A stretch of 64,000 nucleotides of DNA, from contig JBFHIG010000006.1 of assembly GCA_041596615.1 (NCBI GenBank), positions 145-64,144 of the forward strand. The letters are read 5' to 3'. This DNA is from Candidatus Moraniibacteriota bacterium (GTDB lineage Bacteria > Patescibacteriota > Minisyncoccia > Moranbacterales > DUUL01). How positions within the stretch are numbered: the stretch's first letter is position 1; every line of letters begins with the position of its first letter. Position numbers and translations under genes: made by a program. The notes under the pieces are model-generated. The model worked only from the letters and a program-made list of their open reading frames with translations, searched no databases and was not told the DNA's origin. Of the stretch, positions 53,553 through 63,464 are shown in pieces.

Positions 53553-54407
53553 TTAATCCCCAACACTATCTCTGATTTCTTTTATATAAACCAGCGCATT
53601 CTGAATTCTGTCCATCATTTTTTTATTATCAGAAGAAGCAGTCGATGAAATATTGTGAGGATCAATAAATCTTAAGTGGGGTCTCCCTTCTTTTTCTATA
53701 ACAGAAAGATTTTTCCTGCCCGATAAATCAATAACCTCTCCCTTGTCTCGGAATAATTGCAGTGTAATATCTGCAAATTGAATAAACTCTTTTCGAAAAT
53801 CTTCATTTTCTTCAAACATTTTTTTAAGCTCCCCCGTTTCGATTTCAGAAAAAAAATCACGCATATCTTGACCCATATATTGCTGAATTGTTGCAATCAC
53901 TGGTTCGCCATTTTTTTTATCGGTTGTAATTATTGATTGTTCAGCGGGAATAAAATTTTTAATATCTTTGTAAATAGCACTAATTCTTTCATATTCTTCA
54001 TGTTCAGTTTGAGCGACTTTTTGCAGACTATCTACATCGCCTTTTTGGCGATAACAAATCTTAAGAACATAGCTAGGTTCAGACATGTCCTTGGCTTGTA
54101 ATAAGTGTACTTTTGAAACCTCTCCCTTTCCAATTCGTTCTTGAAATTCATATTGACTAAGATCAAAGGGCAATTTATCATAGTCCTTGTCATTAAGCAC
54201 ATCTTTTATCTTCCCTGAAATAATCTCCGGGGCAATCTCTAGTAGGAGTTCTGTTGCCGCCACAACTTTCTTATATTTCCATTCCATAGTTCCGTTAAAG
54301 ATTTCTTTCCCTAATAATTCATAGGGCTTTTTCTCTCCCTTTTTATGCTCCTCTGCACCATCCTTTAGGGCTTGGATAAATAATTTTTTATAGCTTAATT
54401 TTTCCAT
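53553..54407 (-). CDS. hypothetical protein with weak protein-kinase-like features
   Basis: IGKGEVSKVHLL ... YVLKI (Gly-loop plus Lys-like) and LSGRKNLSV ... RFIDPH. Very tentative. Confidence 0.3.
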   Translation of the reverse strand: MEKLSYKKLFIQALKDGAEEHKKGEKKPYELLGKEIFNGTMEWKYKKVVAATELLLEIAPEIISGKIKDVLNDKDYDKLPFDLSQYEFQERIGKGEVSKVHLLQAKDMSEPSYVLKICYRQKGDVDSLQKVAQTEHEEYERISAIYKDIKNFIPAEQSIITTDKKNGEPVIATIQQYMGQDMRDFFSEIETGELKKMFEENEDFRKEFIQFADITLQLFRDKGEVIDLSGRKNLSVIEKEGRPHLRFIDPHNISSTASSDNKKMMDRIQNALVYIKEIRDSVGD

Positions 54408-54500
54408 ACTTTTGTTTTCGTAAAAACATTCATCATATTTCTTAGAATTTCATAAAACATTTTCATAATAGCATATTTTTGTCTTCAAGGACTAATTTTT

Positions 54501-55079
54501 CTAAAGCTTTATTTCTGATAAACTTTTCGCCAGAGAGGTCAAATTTTTTGCCAGTGGATTTTCATCCCATTGTTTCAAAATAGCATCAATTACTTTCAGT
54601 TGTTGTATAATCGTCTTCTCTTTTGAGGCGTGGAAATGAAGAAATGCTTGTTCACCATCTCTTCCGTAGTCGTCGATAAGTTCTGAAACATTGCTAATAA
54701 CGTCTGCCGATTTAACTAACAAGGAATCGTGACTAAAGTCTTTTATATGTTCCAAAGCTTCTTTTTTTCTTTCTTCCCAGGGGAGCTCCCTGTTTTGTTC
54801 TGTTACGCTTAAGACTAATTTCATGACATTCTCACCAAACCTTTTTGATAGCATCTCTTTAGTGACTTTTTTTTCTTGAATGCTGTCTTCAATGGTGTCA
54901 TGTAATATTCCGGCAACAATAACATCTTCACTGGCTGAAATATTAGCTAAAATAATCCCAACAATTAGTGGGTGTGTGATGTAGGCGATACCCTTTCCTT
55001 TTCTGATTTGCTTTTGATAAATTTCATGAGTCTTAATTGCAAACCTAATCGCCTTTTGGATTTTAACTGTGTAGTGCAT
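54501..55079 (-). CDS. HD-domain (p)ppGpp-hydrolase-like protein (SpoT/Mesh1-type small hydrolase)
   Basis: YITHPLIVGIIL ... AGILHDTIEDS is the RelA/SpoT HD hydrolase signature. Confidence 0.7.
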   Translation of the reverse strand: MHYTVKIQKAIRFAIKTHEIYQKQIRKGKGIAYITHPLIVGIILANISASEDVIVAGILHDTIEDSIQEKKVTKEMLSKRFGENVMKLVLSVTEQNRELPWEERKKEALEHIKDFSHDSLLVKSADVISNVSELIDDYGRDGEQAFLHFHASKEKTIIQQLKVIDAILKQWDENPLAKNLTSLAKSLSEIKL

Positions 55080-55164
55080 AAGTTTTGTTGAAGAATTTTT
55101 AGCTATATATTTTTTAATTTAAGCCTAAAAAATTCCAACCGATTCTTCAAAAAAGCAACTGCTT

Positions 55165-56172
55165 TTAAAGTGGTGATTTTATTATAACATAGCCTCTTTT
55201 ACCCAATCCAATTTTTTCCCCCCGAGACAGTTGGTTTTCCCCGTTATATTCTTTAAAATCTGGGCATTGTTTTTGCACAAGGTCATATGAAGCTTGATCG
55301 ATTGCCACTGGGTCTTCGGAGATAAGGACCCCTATATCATCAGTCAGTCTTTTTTGCTTGATTCCCATGCAATCACAAAGAGGTACAATGTTGATAAGAA
55401 AATTAATATAAAAACATTGCCTCCCTGTTGTTGCGGCCAAGGCATATTCTGACAAACGAGTTTCAAATTCTTCTCGTGTCACACTTCCCCAGGGGATTGC
55501 AATGGCTTTGACAGGACAAACCGAGATGCACTTTGAACAACTTATGCAAACTTCTTTGTCGATATGCGCCTCTCCATTTTTCTGATATGAAATTGCATCC
55601 ACGGGACAGTTTTCAATGCAAGCTCCACAACTGATACATTTTTTCTGATTGATTTGGTGTTTCACGCCAGCATGCATATCAAGCTTGCCTCGTCGACTGG
55701 CCAATCCCATTGCCAAATTCTTAATCGCTCCACCAAATCCTGCTAGCTCATGTCCTTTGAAATGCGAAACAACCAAAAGAGAATTGTAATTTTTTAAATT
55801 TGCACCCAGAAAAAAATTCCCAAGCTCATTACCAATTATTTTTTCATCTAAACTAACCTCAAGACTATCATCACCTTATTCGCCATCCAAGATATCGATT
55901 GGCGCAAAATCAAACCCATGTCGAATGGCCAATTCTTTGTGTGAACTGGCGCGAGAACGAACGCTACGATAGAGCACTGTCGTCTCAAGCATGGTAGGAA
56001 AATTCACCATGGCAGAAATCTGTTTGATATATTCAGGAGAAAGATAGGCATTGTTACCTTCCTCCCCAAAATGACACTTCAAGCCCAACTTTCCTTCAAA
56101 CCTTGGAAGTAGGTCTTTGATTTTCTCAATCTCGGACAACTTTAGAAAATAGACTTTTGATTTGCCTTTCAT
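55165..56172 (-). pseudogene. DUF362 + 2x[4Fe-4S] ferredoxin-domain gene interrupted by a single in-frame TAA
   Basis: ORFs 55876..56172 and 55165..55776 are in the same frame. Hand translation across the gap reads ..ILDGE-TAA-GDDSLEVSLDEKIIGNELGNFFLGANLKNYNSLLVVSHFKGHE.. with no other stop. Two C-x2-C-x2-C-x3-CP clusters lie downstream. Confidence 0.7.
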
Positions 56173-56184
56173 GGTGTTTACTGT

Positions 56185-56451
56185 TCAGTTCTTATGGTTG
56201 CGCTCTTCCAATAGATCAAGATATAATTCTTCTACTTTCAAACGAGCCCAAGGAGTTTTGCGCAGGAATGTGAGACTAGATTTGATGCTGGGATTTTTAA
56301 AAAAACAATTAATTCTCACCATTTCATATAGCTCTTCCCAGCTATATTCAATCCTCAACTCTTCAAGCATATCTTTGAGTTTGACTCCATGCAAGGGATT
56401 GTTTGGCTGAGTAGCCCCCTGTTCGTTGTTTTGAATTTTCGCTGTATTCAT
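56185..56451 (-). CDS. DUF2132 (VF530-like) small protein
   Basis: [33 protein letters not shown] ... [12 protein letters not shown] matches the DUF2132 pattern. Confidence 0.6.
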   Translation of the reverse strand: MNTAKIQNNEQGATQPNNPLHGVKLKDMLEELRIEYSWEELYEMVRINCFFKNPSIKSSLTFLRKTPWARLKVEELYLDLLEERNHKN

Positions 56452-56479
56452 AATAATTTAGATTAGATTTCAATTGTAA

Positions 56480-56965
56480 CTATTCCCAAATTTTTGGGAA
56501 TAGTTTTGGTACATTTCTTTTGTATTCAATATAATCATCGCCAAATTTTTCAGTGAGAGCTTTTTCTTCTCTTTTCATCCAAAATAAAAGTACAAACATG
56601 AACAAATGCGCGCCAATCAAAAATCTCACGTCTGGATAGAAGAAAAAGATTCCCCAGCCAAGCACGATATCGGCAGAATAAATCGGGTGACGAACTTTTG
56701 AATAGACACCTTCTTTGATAATTCGCTTGGTTTTGTCTGCACTCAATGCTGCTCTTCGGTTGACCCAAAGTGCGCCAAAAAAGAAATAGGTCCAATACAC
56801 AAAAGTAATGAAAAAAAGCACCCAACCGAAATAATTCTGCTCCCACACAAACCTTGCTGAAACAAACTGAAATATCAAAAAAATTCCCACAAGCACAATT
56901 GCCCACATAAACACAGGACTTACTAATTTTCTTTTGATATTCATGTTTTTCCCATCAACCCTCAA
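56480..56965 (-). CDS. isoprenylcysteine carboxyl methyltransferase (ICMT)/phospholipid methyltransferase family membrane protein
   Basis: GVYSKVRHPIYSADIVLGWG and a C-terminal EEKALTEKFGDDYIEYKRNV. Polytopic. Confidence 0.75.
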   Translation of the reverse strand: MRVDGKNMNIKRKLVSPVFMWAIVLVGIFLIFQFVSARFVWEQNYFGWVLFFITFVYWTYFFFGALWVNRRAALSADKTKRIIKEGVYSKVRHPIYSADIVLGWGIFFFYPDVRFLIGAHLFMFVLLFWMKREEKALTEKFGDDYIEYKRNVPKLFPKIWE

Positions 56966-57088
56966 TGATTAATTTATCTTTATTCTAAGGGATAAACAAC
57001 TTTTCGTAAAGTAAATTTGAAATAAAAAAGCTTCACCATCAAAATATTTCGACAGTGAAGCTTCTAGCTCTTTTAGCTATTTTTTCTT

Positions 57089-58027
57089 TTATTTACCAGT
57101 GATGAGCGATACCGCTTCTTGATATCGAGATCTGGTTGATTCAACAACCACATCTGGCAAAGGAGGTGGGGGCGGATTTTTGTCCCAGTCCAATGTGCTG
57201 AGGTAGTCTCTTAGAAACTGCTTATCAAAGCTTGTTTGAGACTTCCCTACTTCGTATCCGTCCACAGGCCAGAAACGAGATGAATCGGGTGTGAGAACTT
57301 CGTCGATTAGAATCAATCGACCGTCAGGAAGTTCGCCCAATTCAAATTTGGTATCAGCGATGATTATGCCCTTTGCAAGAGCGTGTTCAGCAGCCCTTTG
57401 ATATAATTTGAGACAAATTTCAGCAATTTCTTGGGCTTTTCTGCCCCCGACGATTTCTCTCATCTGTTCCAGAGAGATATTCTCATCGTGCTCACCAATT
57501 TCTGCCTTGGTTGAAGGCGTGAAAAATGGTTTTTCAAACCCCTCAGACTCAAACATATTTCCAGGCAACTGAAATCCATGCACCGTCTTGTAGGGAACTC
57601 CACAGCATACACAAAGTGCTGCCTTATTATACGCACTCCAGAATGAGCCGGAGATATAGCCTCGAACGATGCACTCAATCGGCAATGGTGTGGTTTTTTT
57701 GACCAGCATTGATCTACCTTCAAGTTTCTCGGCATACGGTTGGCATACATCTGGATATTCACGTACATCGGCTGTGATCAAATGATTTTCAACGATATCG
57801 CCCAACAAATCAAACCAGAAAAGGGACAAATCCGTCAGAACCTTTCCTTTTCCCGGAATGCCCTCGTTCATAATGACATCGTATGCTGAGATGCGATCTG
57901 ACGCGACCATCAGCAATTTGTCATCGTGACCAGGGATACCGTACATATCGCGGACTTTTCCACTGTGTAAAAGAGTCAGATTTTTAAACCAATAACTGTC
58001 TGTTACAACCGGTACAATTTTGCTCAT
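57089..58027 (-). CDS. purC: phosphoribosylaminoimidazole-succinocarboxamide (SAICAR) synthase
   Basis: LLHSGKVRDMY, SDRISAYD, IIADTKFELG and LIDEVLTPDSSRFW. Confidence 0.9.
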   Translation of the reverse strand: MSKIVPVVTDSYWFKNLTLLHSGKVRDMYGIPGHDDKLLMVASDRISAYDVIMNEGIPGKGKVLTDLSLFWFDLLGDIVENHLITADVREYPDVCQPYAEKLEGRSMLVKKTTPLPIECIVRGYISGSFWSAYNKAALCVCCGVPYKTVHGFQLPGNMFESEGFEKPFFTPSTKAEIGEHDENISLEQMREIVGGRKAQEIAEICLKLYQRAAEHALAKGIIIADTKFELGELPDGRLILIDEVLTPDSSRFWPVDGYEVGKSQTSFDKQFLRDYLSTLDWDKNPPPPPLPDVVVESTRSRYQEAVSLITGK

Positions 58028-58252
58028 TTTTTATCCCCCTTCCCCTTGACCTGGTTGGTTAGATTTCCCTTATCCGAAAGACTTCTCATCACTTCCATAA
58101 CGTCTACCCCCTCACATGTTTTAGGTTGTCAAAATAACTTCTCCTATTTCTCGCACTTTTGCGATTGAGTCATTAAAGCATGAAGTAGTGTTTTTGTAAA
58201 GCAAAAAAGGCCTTTTTGGGCCTCATTCGATACTAAGTTTATTTGTAATTGG

Positions 58253-59113
58253 TCAGCTGATGTCTCCCATATCAGGCTTCCCTTCGATAAATTCAGACTC
58301 AAGTCCTTGTGCTTCAAAATATTTAACCATCTGCATGCACGCAAATTTTTCACTGGAATAATGACTAGCACCAATCAGATTTATTTTGTTTTCTTTCGCC
58401 AAACGATCAAATTCAAGAGCTGGTGGATAATCAGAAAAAGAACTAACCAAGCCACTAACATAAGTCGTGATTCCTCTTTCTATTAACTCTCTCATGACAT
58501 CTAAATCATTTCCTCCCCCACCAACCACGGCAATTGTTTGGCCATCAAGAATTGTTTTTGGATTGTGTTTGATCATTTGCACTTCATGACCAACTGCCTC
58601 TCTCACTTTTTCCGCTAATTCATCAAAAGTTTTGCAAGTTGTCTTTCCAAGTATTCCAGCCCAAATGCCAAAATATTCAGCGAACTCTTCTTCGCAGGAG
58701 ACTCCGATTACTTTGGCAAAATTGACAGACGTTGAATATTCACCGTTTTTGTCTAAAGGGACATGCAATGTGTACATGGAAATCTCATTTTCCTTTAGTT
58801 TTGCAAGCAGTTCTTTGTTCATATTCAAAAAAGGAAACCCAGGCGCTTTTGTGTCCCAAATCATTGGGTGATGTGTGAAAAGTAGCACATTCTTTTCTCC
58901 CTTTTCTAAAATAGTATTCAACACTTGGTCACTTGGAAAAACTGCCGTATAGACTTTTTTGATTTCGGAAGTATTGTCCAAAACCAATCCCATTTGACGT
59001 TGCCGGAAATTGTCAGTCACAAATTCATTAAAGTCCATTTGGCTCCAATCGTCTTTACATTTGTCCAATTCAAAATCGATTTCCAATTTTTGATAAAGTT
59101 CGTTTGCGTTCAT
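58253..59113 (-). CDS. Nif3-like dinuclear metal centre protein
   Basis: LLFTHHPMIWD ... GASHYSSEKFA fits the NIF3/GTP cyclohydrolase I type 2 family layout. Confidence 0.75.
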   Translation of the reverse strand: MNANELYQKLEIDFELDKCKDDWSQMDFNEFVTDNFRQRQMGLVLDNTSEIKKVYTAVFPSDQVLNTILEKGEKNVLLFTHHPMIWDTKAPGFPFLNMNKELLAKLKENEISMYTLHVPLDKNGEYSTSVNFAKVIGVSCEEEFAEYFGIWAGILGKTTCKTFDELAEKVREAVGHEVQMIKHNPKTILDGQTIAVVGGGGNDLDVMRELIERGITTYVSGLVSSFSDYPPALEFDRLAKENKINLIGASHYSSEKFACMQMVKYFEAQGLESEFIEGKPDMGDIS

Positions 59114-59124
59114 GATGGATTATG

Positions 59125-59165
59125 TTTTATGTGATTAATCTTCACGGCTAGTTATTTGAATTCTT
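59125..59165 (-). promoter_or_regulatory. conserved promoter/leader block, copy 1 (upstream of the Nif3-like gene)
   Basis: About 41 bp nearly identical to 60753-60794. On the minus strand it reads AAGAATTCAAATAACTAGCCGTGAAGATTAATCACATAAAA (TTCAAA-N17-TAATCA). Confidence 0.45.
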
Positions 59166-59229
59166 ATCTATATTCTACGCCAAAAAGACGTTTTAGTAAA
59201 AAATAAAGGGCTATCTTGGGAATTCAGAA

Positions 59230-59480
59230 TGAAACAAGCAGTTCTGTATTATCCCTCTCCTAATAAAGGCCCATCTTGGCAAGCCAAAGAGAGGCAGGGA
59301 GGCTAGAAGGGTGGGAACTCCATTCCCTCCATTAGATTAAGGGAGGGTTAGGGTGGGTTACGCGTCTGCGTGTTGTTTTATCAGAAGATTAGAAACACTA
59401 ACCTCCCCTTAAACTAAGAGGGGAATAGAACTAGTTACCTAAAACCACCTGTATCCCCCTTCTCAAAGGGGGATGGAAAC
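59230..59480. repeat. cluster of GC-rich palindromic (REP-like) hairpins in a ~490-bp gene-free region
   Basis: Examples are ATCCCCCTT-CTC-AAGGGGGAT (about 59452-59472) and CCTCCCCTTA..TAAGAGGGG. G/C tracts are otherwise rare in this window. Confidence 0.5.
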
Positions 59481-59605
59481 AGTCACTTATTTTCCATCTA
59501 AATTGATTTTTTGATTTATCTGTGTGAATATAATAAATCAAGGCACGAATGGAAATATACGTTTATAACAGGAAGCTAGTTCCTTCAAAATCGAAGAGGT
59601 GATCT

Positions 59606-60097
59606 ATGGGGTGGCGAGAGGAAGAGCTAAAAAAGAGAGCTCGCGAAAAGAAAGAAGCAGAGGCCGAGGCCAAATTAAAAGCCTTGAGAATTCAAAAAAC
59701 CAGAGAACTTTTAGCAACGCTAAAAGAACTAAATTCCAAGTTACCAGAAGATATACGCCTGGACATTATTCATTCTAATGAAAATGGCACCGAAATCAAA
59801 GGTAAAAAAGAAACGCTTTATATCGGAGAAGATGAAGAGTCGATAACTTCTGCCCTAGGCTTTCGTGATGAGTGCCACATCTTTTTTGATGAGAAAAGAA
59901 GTGCCTTTTTCTTCGCCAATAAAAGCGCGGGGCCATTCGGCGTGCATTATGAGAGCAGAAAGCTCTATGCGATACTATTGAGACTAGGAGATAACTTCGT
60001 AGAATCTCTTATGGAAGCTCTTTGCACAGGCAAAGAAATAAAAGAATATTTCACTACCAAGCAAGAACCGAAAAAGAAACGATTTTTGTTTTTCTAA
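59606..60097 (+). CDS. hypothetical protein
   Basis: 163-aa ORF with a Lys/Glu-rich N-terminus. A GGAGCTC/GAGCTCC hairpin follows at 60105-60124. Confidence 0.5.
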   Translation: MGWREEELKKRAREKKEAEAEAKLKALRIQKTRELLATLKELNSKLPEDIRLDIIHSNENGTEIKGKKETLYIGEDEESITSALGFRDECHIFFDEKRSAFFFANKSAGPFGVHYESRKLYAILLRLGDNFVESLMEALCTGKEIKEYFTTKQEPKKKRFLFF

Positions 60098-60148
60098 CCA
60101 CAAAGGAGCTCTAACAAGAGCTCCTGCTTTTATTTTTATGTAATTAAT

Positions 60149-60748
60149 CTACGCAATGAATTTCTCAGGATACTCCCCCACGATTTCCAATGCTCGAAGA
60201 TATCTATTTTTAAATGCCTTTTTTATTTCCGGAAGCACCATTTTTCTTTCCCAATCTTTGATTATTTTCCTCTTTACCCTACTTTCTATTGAATTCAGCG
60301 TTTCATCTGGATTGTCTCGGAAGAAACTAGAATGAAATTTCCCCGTGAAATGTGATGCGCCATCTGCTGAACTGATGATTTGAATCTCGATTGCTTCTTT
60401 TGCGATATCTATTTCTTCTTTTTTCTCCATTTTTTCCCAAAGCTCAAGAACATGTCCAATGAAATCATCTTCCAATCCAACTAATCGCAAGGACTCCGCT
60501 CCCTTGACTCTGGTTAGGGTGTGCTCATTTTCAGCATCAAGTGGTTTTCCAAAATCATGAAACCAAGCCAAAGCAAATACCAAGTCTCTGTCCGCCGTTG
60601 GATATATATCGCACAATTCCATAGCAATGCGCTCAACAATAATAAGATGATCTTTCACAAACCAATCCCGATATTCGAAATTTTCATTATCACAATTTCT
60701 GGTGACAATTTCTTTGAATGAATTGAGTTTTTCTTTGATGTTAGGCAT
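60149..60748 (-). CDS. HD-domain phosphohydrolase
   Basis: LAWFHDFGKP (H-D) with additional downstream His residues. Confidence 0.65.
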   Translation of the reverse strand: MPNIKEKLNSFKEIVTRNCDNENFEYRDWFVKDHLIIVERIAMELCDIYPTADRDLVFALAWFHDFGKPLDAENEHTLTRVKGAESLRLVGLEDDFIGHVLELWEKMEKKEEIDIAKEAIEIQIISSADGASHFTGKFHSSFFRDNPDETLNSIESRVKRKIIKDWERKMVLPEIKKAFKNRYLRALEIVGEYPEKFIA

Positions 60749-60752
60749 GGGT

Positions 60753-60794
60753 TTTTATGTAATTAATTTTTTACGGCTAGTTATTTGAATTCTT
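60753..60794 (-). promoter_or_regulatory. conserved promoter/leader block, copy 2 (upstream of the HD gene)
   Basis: See 59125-59165. On the minus strand it reads AAGAATTCAAATAACTAGCCGTAAAAAATTAATTACATAAAA. Confidence 0.45.
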
Positions 60795-60812
60795 TAATGT
60801 TTTTTTAATCAA

Positions 60813-61160
60813 CTAAAGATGGTTAATATTGAAAACAAGAAAATAGGCATTTAAAATAAATAGAAAAACACTGGATGCTAAAAATATATTATCTGTTTTA
60901 TTTCTATTTATAAAAAGTGATGAGATAATATGTGCTATTTGGCAAACCAGATAAATAAAGGCTCCTGGATAAACAAGAATCATTGCAAGGTATGGATCAC
61001 TATATAGTAGTAACAACGCAAATAAAGTAATAAGTAATGATACTATTTGTATTTTAAACAAAAGCCTTGTTTTTACATTTTGCCTCCAATCAATTGTTTG
61101 AAAAAATTTATATACACCAAAAGAAAAAAATAATAGCAGTAGCAGTTTTATTAGAAACAT
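60813..61160 (-). CDS. small polytopic membrane protein
   Basis: 115 aa with four hydrophobic helices. Confidence 0.45.
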   Translation of the reverse strand: MFLIKLLLLLFFSFGVYKFFQTIDWRQNVKTRLLFKIQIVSLLITLFALLLLYSDPYLAMILVYPGAFIYLVCQIAHIISSLFINRNKTDNIFLASSVFLFILNAYFLVFNINHL

Positions 61161-61295
61161 AGTATTTTTATTAAATTAACACTTACATAAATATCAAGAT
61201 TGAAGATATTCTTATACTTTGAATGTTCGTAAATTTTCTTCTTTGCAATTAGCAACTCTTTTTTATTGATCAATGTTTTCGTCATCCACAGAACC

Positions 61296-61697
61296 CTATT
61301 TTAAACCTTCTTCTGATGCGGAAAGGGTTTTGGTCCAGTCAATAAATTTTTTGCAATATTCAAAACTGCCAAAGTCGCCTTCTTTTTGAGAGATGAAAGT
61401 TTCACATCGATCCTTTTCATCTTCAACTTTTGAAAGCAAAACATCATAGTTTTGAGCGCGTTCAACTACTTCGATTGCCTGTGCACGCAACTGCTTTGTT
61501 TCTTGCAACCAAGAATATCCATAGATTCCTGCCCCGACAACGATTGCTACAAGTACCAAATACACTTTCCACTTTTGGAATTCTTGTTTTTTTGCCTCAA
61601 CTGGTGACTCTATTTGCTCAGTTGTTTCTACTGGCTCAGCTTGTTCAATTGGCTCTGTTTTCTCTCCTTTCTCTGTTTGTTCTTTGTTGTTTTCCAT
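61296..61697 (-). CDS. membrane-anchored protein, unknown function
   Basis: 133 aa: an acidic N-terminus, one TM helix and a helical C-terminal domain with two Cys. Confidence 0.45.
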   Translation of the reverse strand: MENNKEQTEKGEKTEPIEQAEPVETTEQIESPVEAKKQEFQKWKVYLVLVAIVVGAGIYGYSWLQETKQLRAQAIEVVERAQNYDVLLSKVEDEKDRCETFISQKEGDFGSFEYCKKFIDWTKTLSASEEGLK

Positions 61698-61787
61698 TTT
61701 TTTTATTTAACACTTAATTTATGAAATTATTCCGCTTGAACTGCCCGCTCCAGCGAAATTTATGTGAATATTTGGTTATTAACTATT

Positions 61788-62294
61788 TTAGCATAGTTTT
61801 TTTGAAAAAGTATTTTTCGCTTTGACCTTGACCTTCAAGCATTTTCGAAATGTCTGAAAATTTTCTTGCATATAATTAACAATTTTCTTATCCAAAATGG
61901 TCAGATCTTCCAGGGATTCTTTTACTAGCTTTTCTTTAACCCGCTCTTTTTTGAATCGAGTCCAATCGATTGGAAATTGGCAGGCATAATATGCATCTTT
62001 ATCAAGCCCTTTTTCTTGGTAGAAAAATTCATACAGATCTTGGGCGTTTTTGTCATAGATTGAGTGATAGCCCCAGATGATGTTTCCGGTGCATTGATAG
62101 AGTTTCAATAAGGTGTTTATATCATATTTCTCCTTTCCCTCTTCAGTCTCCAATTCACTTTTCATTCCAATGTGATGTTGCAACTTGTGAAAAGACCCTA
62201 TGAGGGAACCTAAATCAATATCAACCAAAGTAGCAACGTATTGGACTGCTGATTCCTTGATTTTTCCGTTTTCTTTCTTTTCGGTGATGGGCAT
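61788..62294 (-). CDS. hypothetical protein
   Basis: 168-aa ORF with no recognisable motif. Confidence 0.45.
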   Translation of the reverse strand: MPITEKKENGKIKESAVQYVATLVDIDLGSLIGSFHKLQHHIGMKSELETEEGKEKYDINTLLKLYQCTGNIIWGYHSIYDKNAQDLYEFFYQEKGLDKDAYYACQFPIDWTRFKKERVKEKLVKESLEDLTILDKKIVNYMQENFQTFRKCLKVKVKAKNTFSKKLC

Positions 62295-62358
62295 TTTCTA
62301 TGTAAGTAATTAATTATTTACCCCGTTAATTTAAGATTAACTAGGGCATAATTAATTT

Positions 62359-62841
62359 TTATATTTTAGTCATAAAATCATTTAGAAGGCCTAGATATTT
62401 CTGTTGCAATTCTTGAGGAATATTTTTATGTTCGAATGGTCTAATTTTACCACCCTCTTTAGTGATTGTTATAGCTTTATCAAAATAAAAACATTCTGGT
62501 GTAGCTAAAAAGAGATATGATGGCTTCCAGGAGTCATGCATTCTTTCGGCAATCTCCAATACTTTCCTGGAAGTAAAATTCCTTCGATATTTTACTTCAA
62601 TCAACGTCACATCGTGTGTTTCATTATTAATAACAGCAAAATCTGGGGCTCGACGGATGATTTCCATGGTTTCTTGGGTTTTCATATCCTGTTGGCGATG
62701 CATTAGTTCTGGTAAAATGTTCTCATAACCAAAGGCTAGAATAGTAAAACAACCAGCATCTCGTAACATCTGCTCAAAAATCATCTCGGCAATTTTACCT
62801 TTAATTAATTCTTTAGAAAATTCAATTTTAGTTTGTGTCAT
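62359..62841 (-). CDS. PD-(D/E)XK (Hjc/restriction-endonuclease-like) fold protein
   Basis: KGKIAEMIFEQMLRDAG ... RAPDFAVIN ... VTLIEVKYR gives a G-x-x-E helix followed by D ... E-x-K. Confidence 0.5.
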   Translation of the reverse strand: MTQTKIEFSKELIKGKIAEMIFEQMLRDAGCFTILAFGYENILPELMHRQQDMKTQETMEIIRRAPDFAVINNETHDVTLIEVKYRRNFTSRKVLEIAERMHDSWKPSYLFLATPECFYFDKAITITKEGGKIRPFEHKNIPQELQQKYLGLLNDFMTKI

Positions 62842-62931
62842 TTTTTTGTTTTAAAATTTATGTAAGTAATTAATTACGTAAAATTTTTAACTAATGTTTT
62901 TATTCATAATAACTTAATTCAACAAAAACTT

Positions 62932-63420
62932 CTATTTAAGATTAATTCTCCTCCTAATCTCATCAATAACTTTTTTAGAAAAATCCTCGATATTCTCATG
63001 TGTTTTCAAAATAACTTTTTTGACTCCCCTCTCTTGTGCTTGCTTGTTCCATTCCTGAACTGCTGAAATTGAAATTATTTTATCCACCCCATACTTTTCG
63101 AAATCAAGGCAATGAAATGAGCCACAAATTTTGCAATCTCGATCTAATAATATCACATCAAAAGGCTCTGACTCTTTTTTATTCACGTATTCTTTGACTT
63201 GCGTGTATTCTGAAAGTATTGTAACAGCTATATCAAAGCCAACTTTTTTCTCTGAAAGCTCTTCTTCAAATAGGTGCAGTTTTTTCAAAAGAAAAGAAAG
63301 CGTCCGAAGATCATCCTCAAGAATAAGAATTCTAAATGTATTTAGTGGTTTTGTGTTGCCGGCATTTTTGACCTTGCCACCGGCAAAATCATTTAATATT
63401 GTTGTGATCTTATCTTGCAT
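62932..63420 (-). CDS. orphan CheY-like receiver-domain protein with Cys-containing C-terminal extension
   Basis: FRILILEDD and FDVILLDRD occupy the acidic-pocket and phospho-acceptor positions. There is no output domain or adjacent kinase. Confidence 0.5.
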   Translation of the reverse strand: MQDKITTILNDFAGGKVKNAGNTKPLNTFRILILEDDLRTLSFLLKKLHLFEEELSEKKVGFDIAVTILSEYTQVKEYVNKKESEPFDVILLDRDCKICGSFHCLDFEKYGVDKIISISAVQEWNKQAQERGVKKVILKTHENIEDFSKKVIDEIRRRINLK

Positions 63421-63464
63421 TTTTTAGTCCTTCCAATCCTCAATGATAATCTTTGAGCCGCTTT

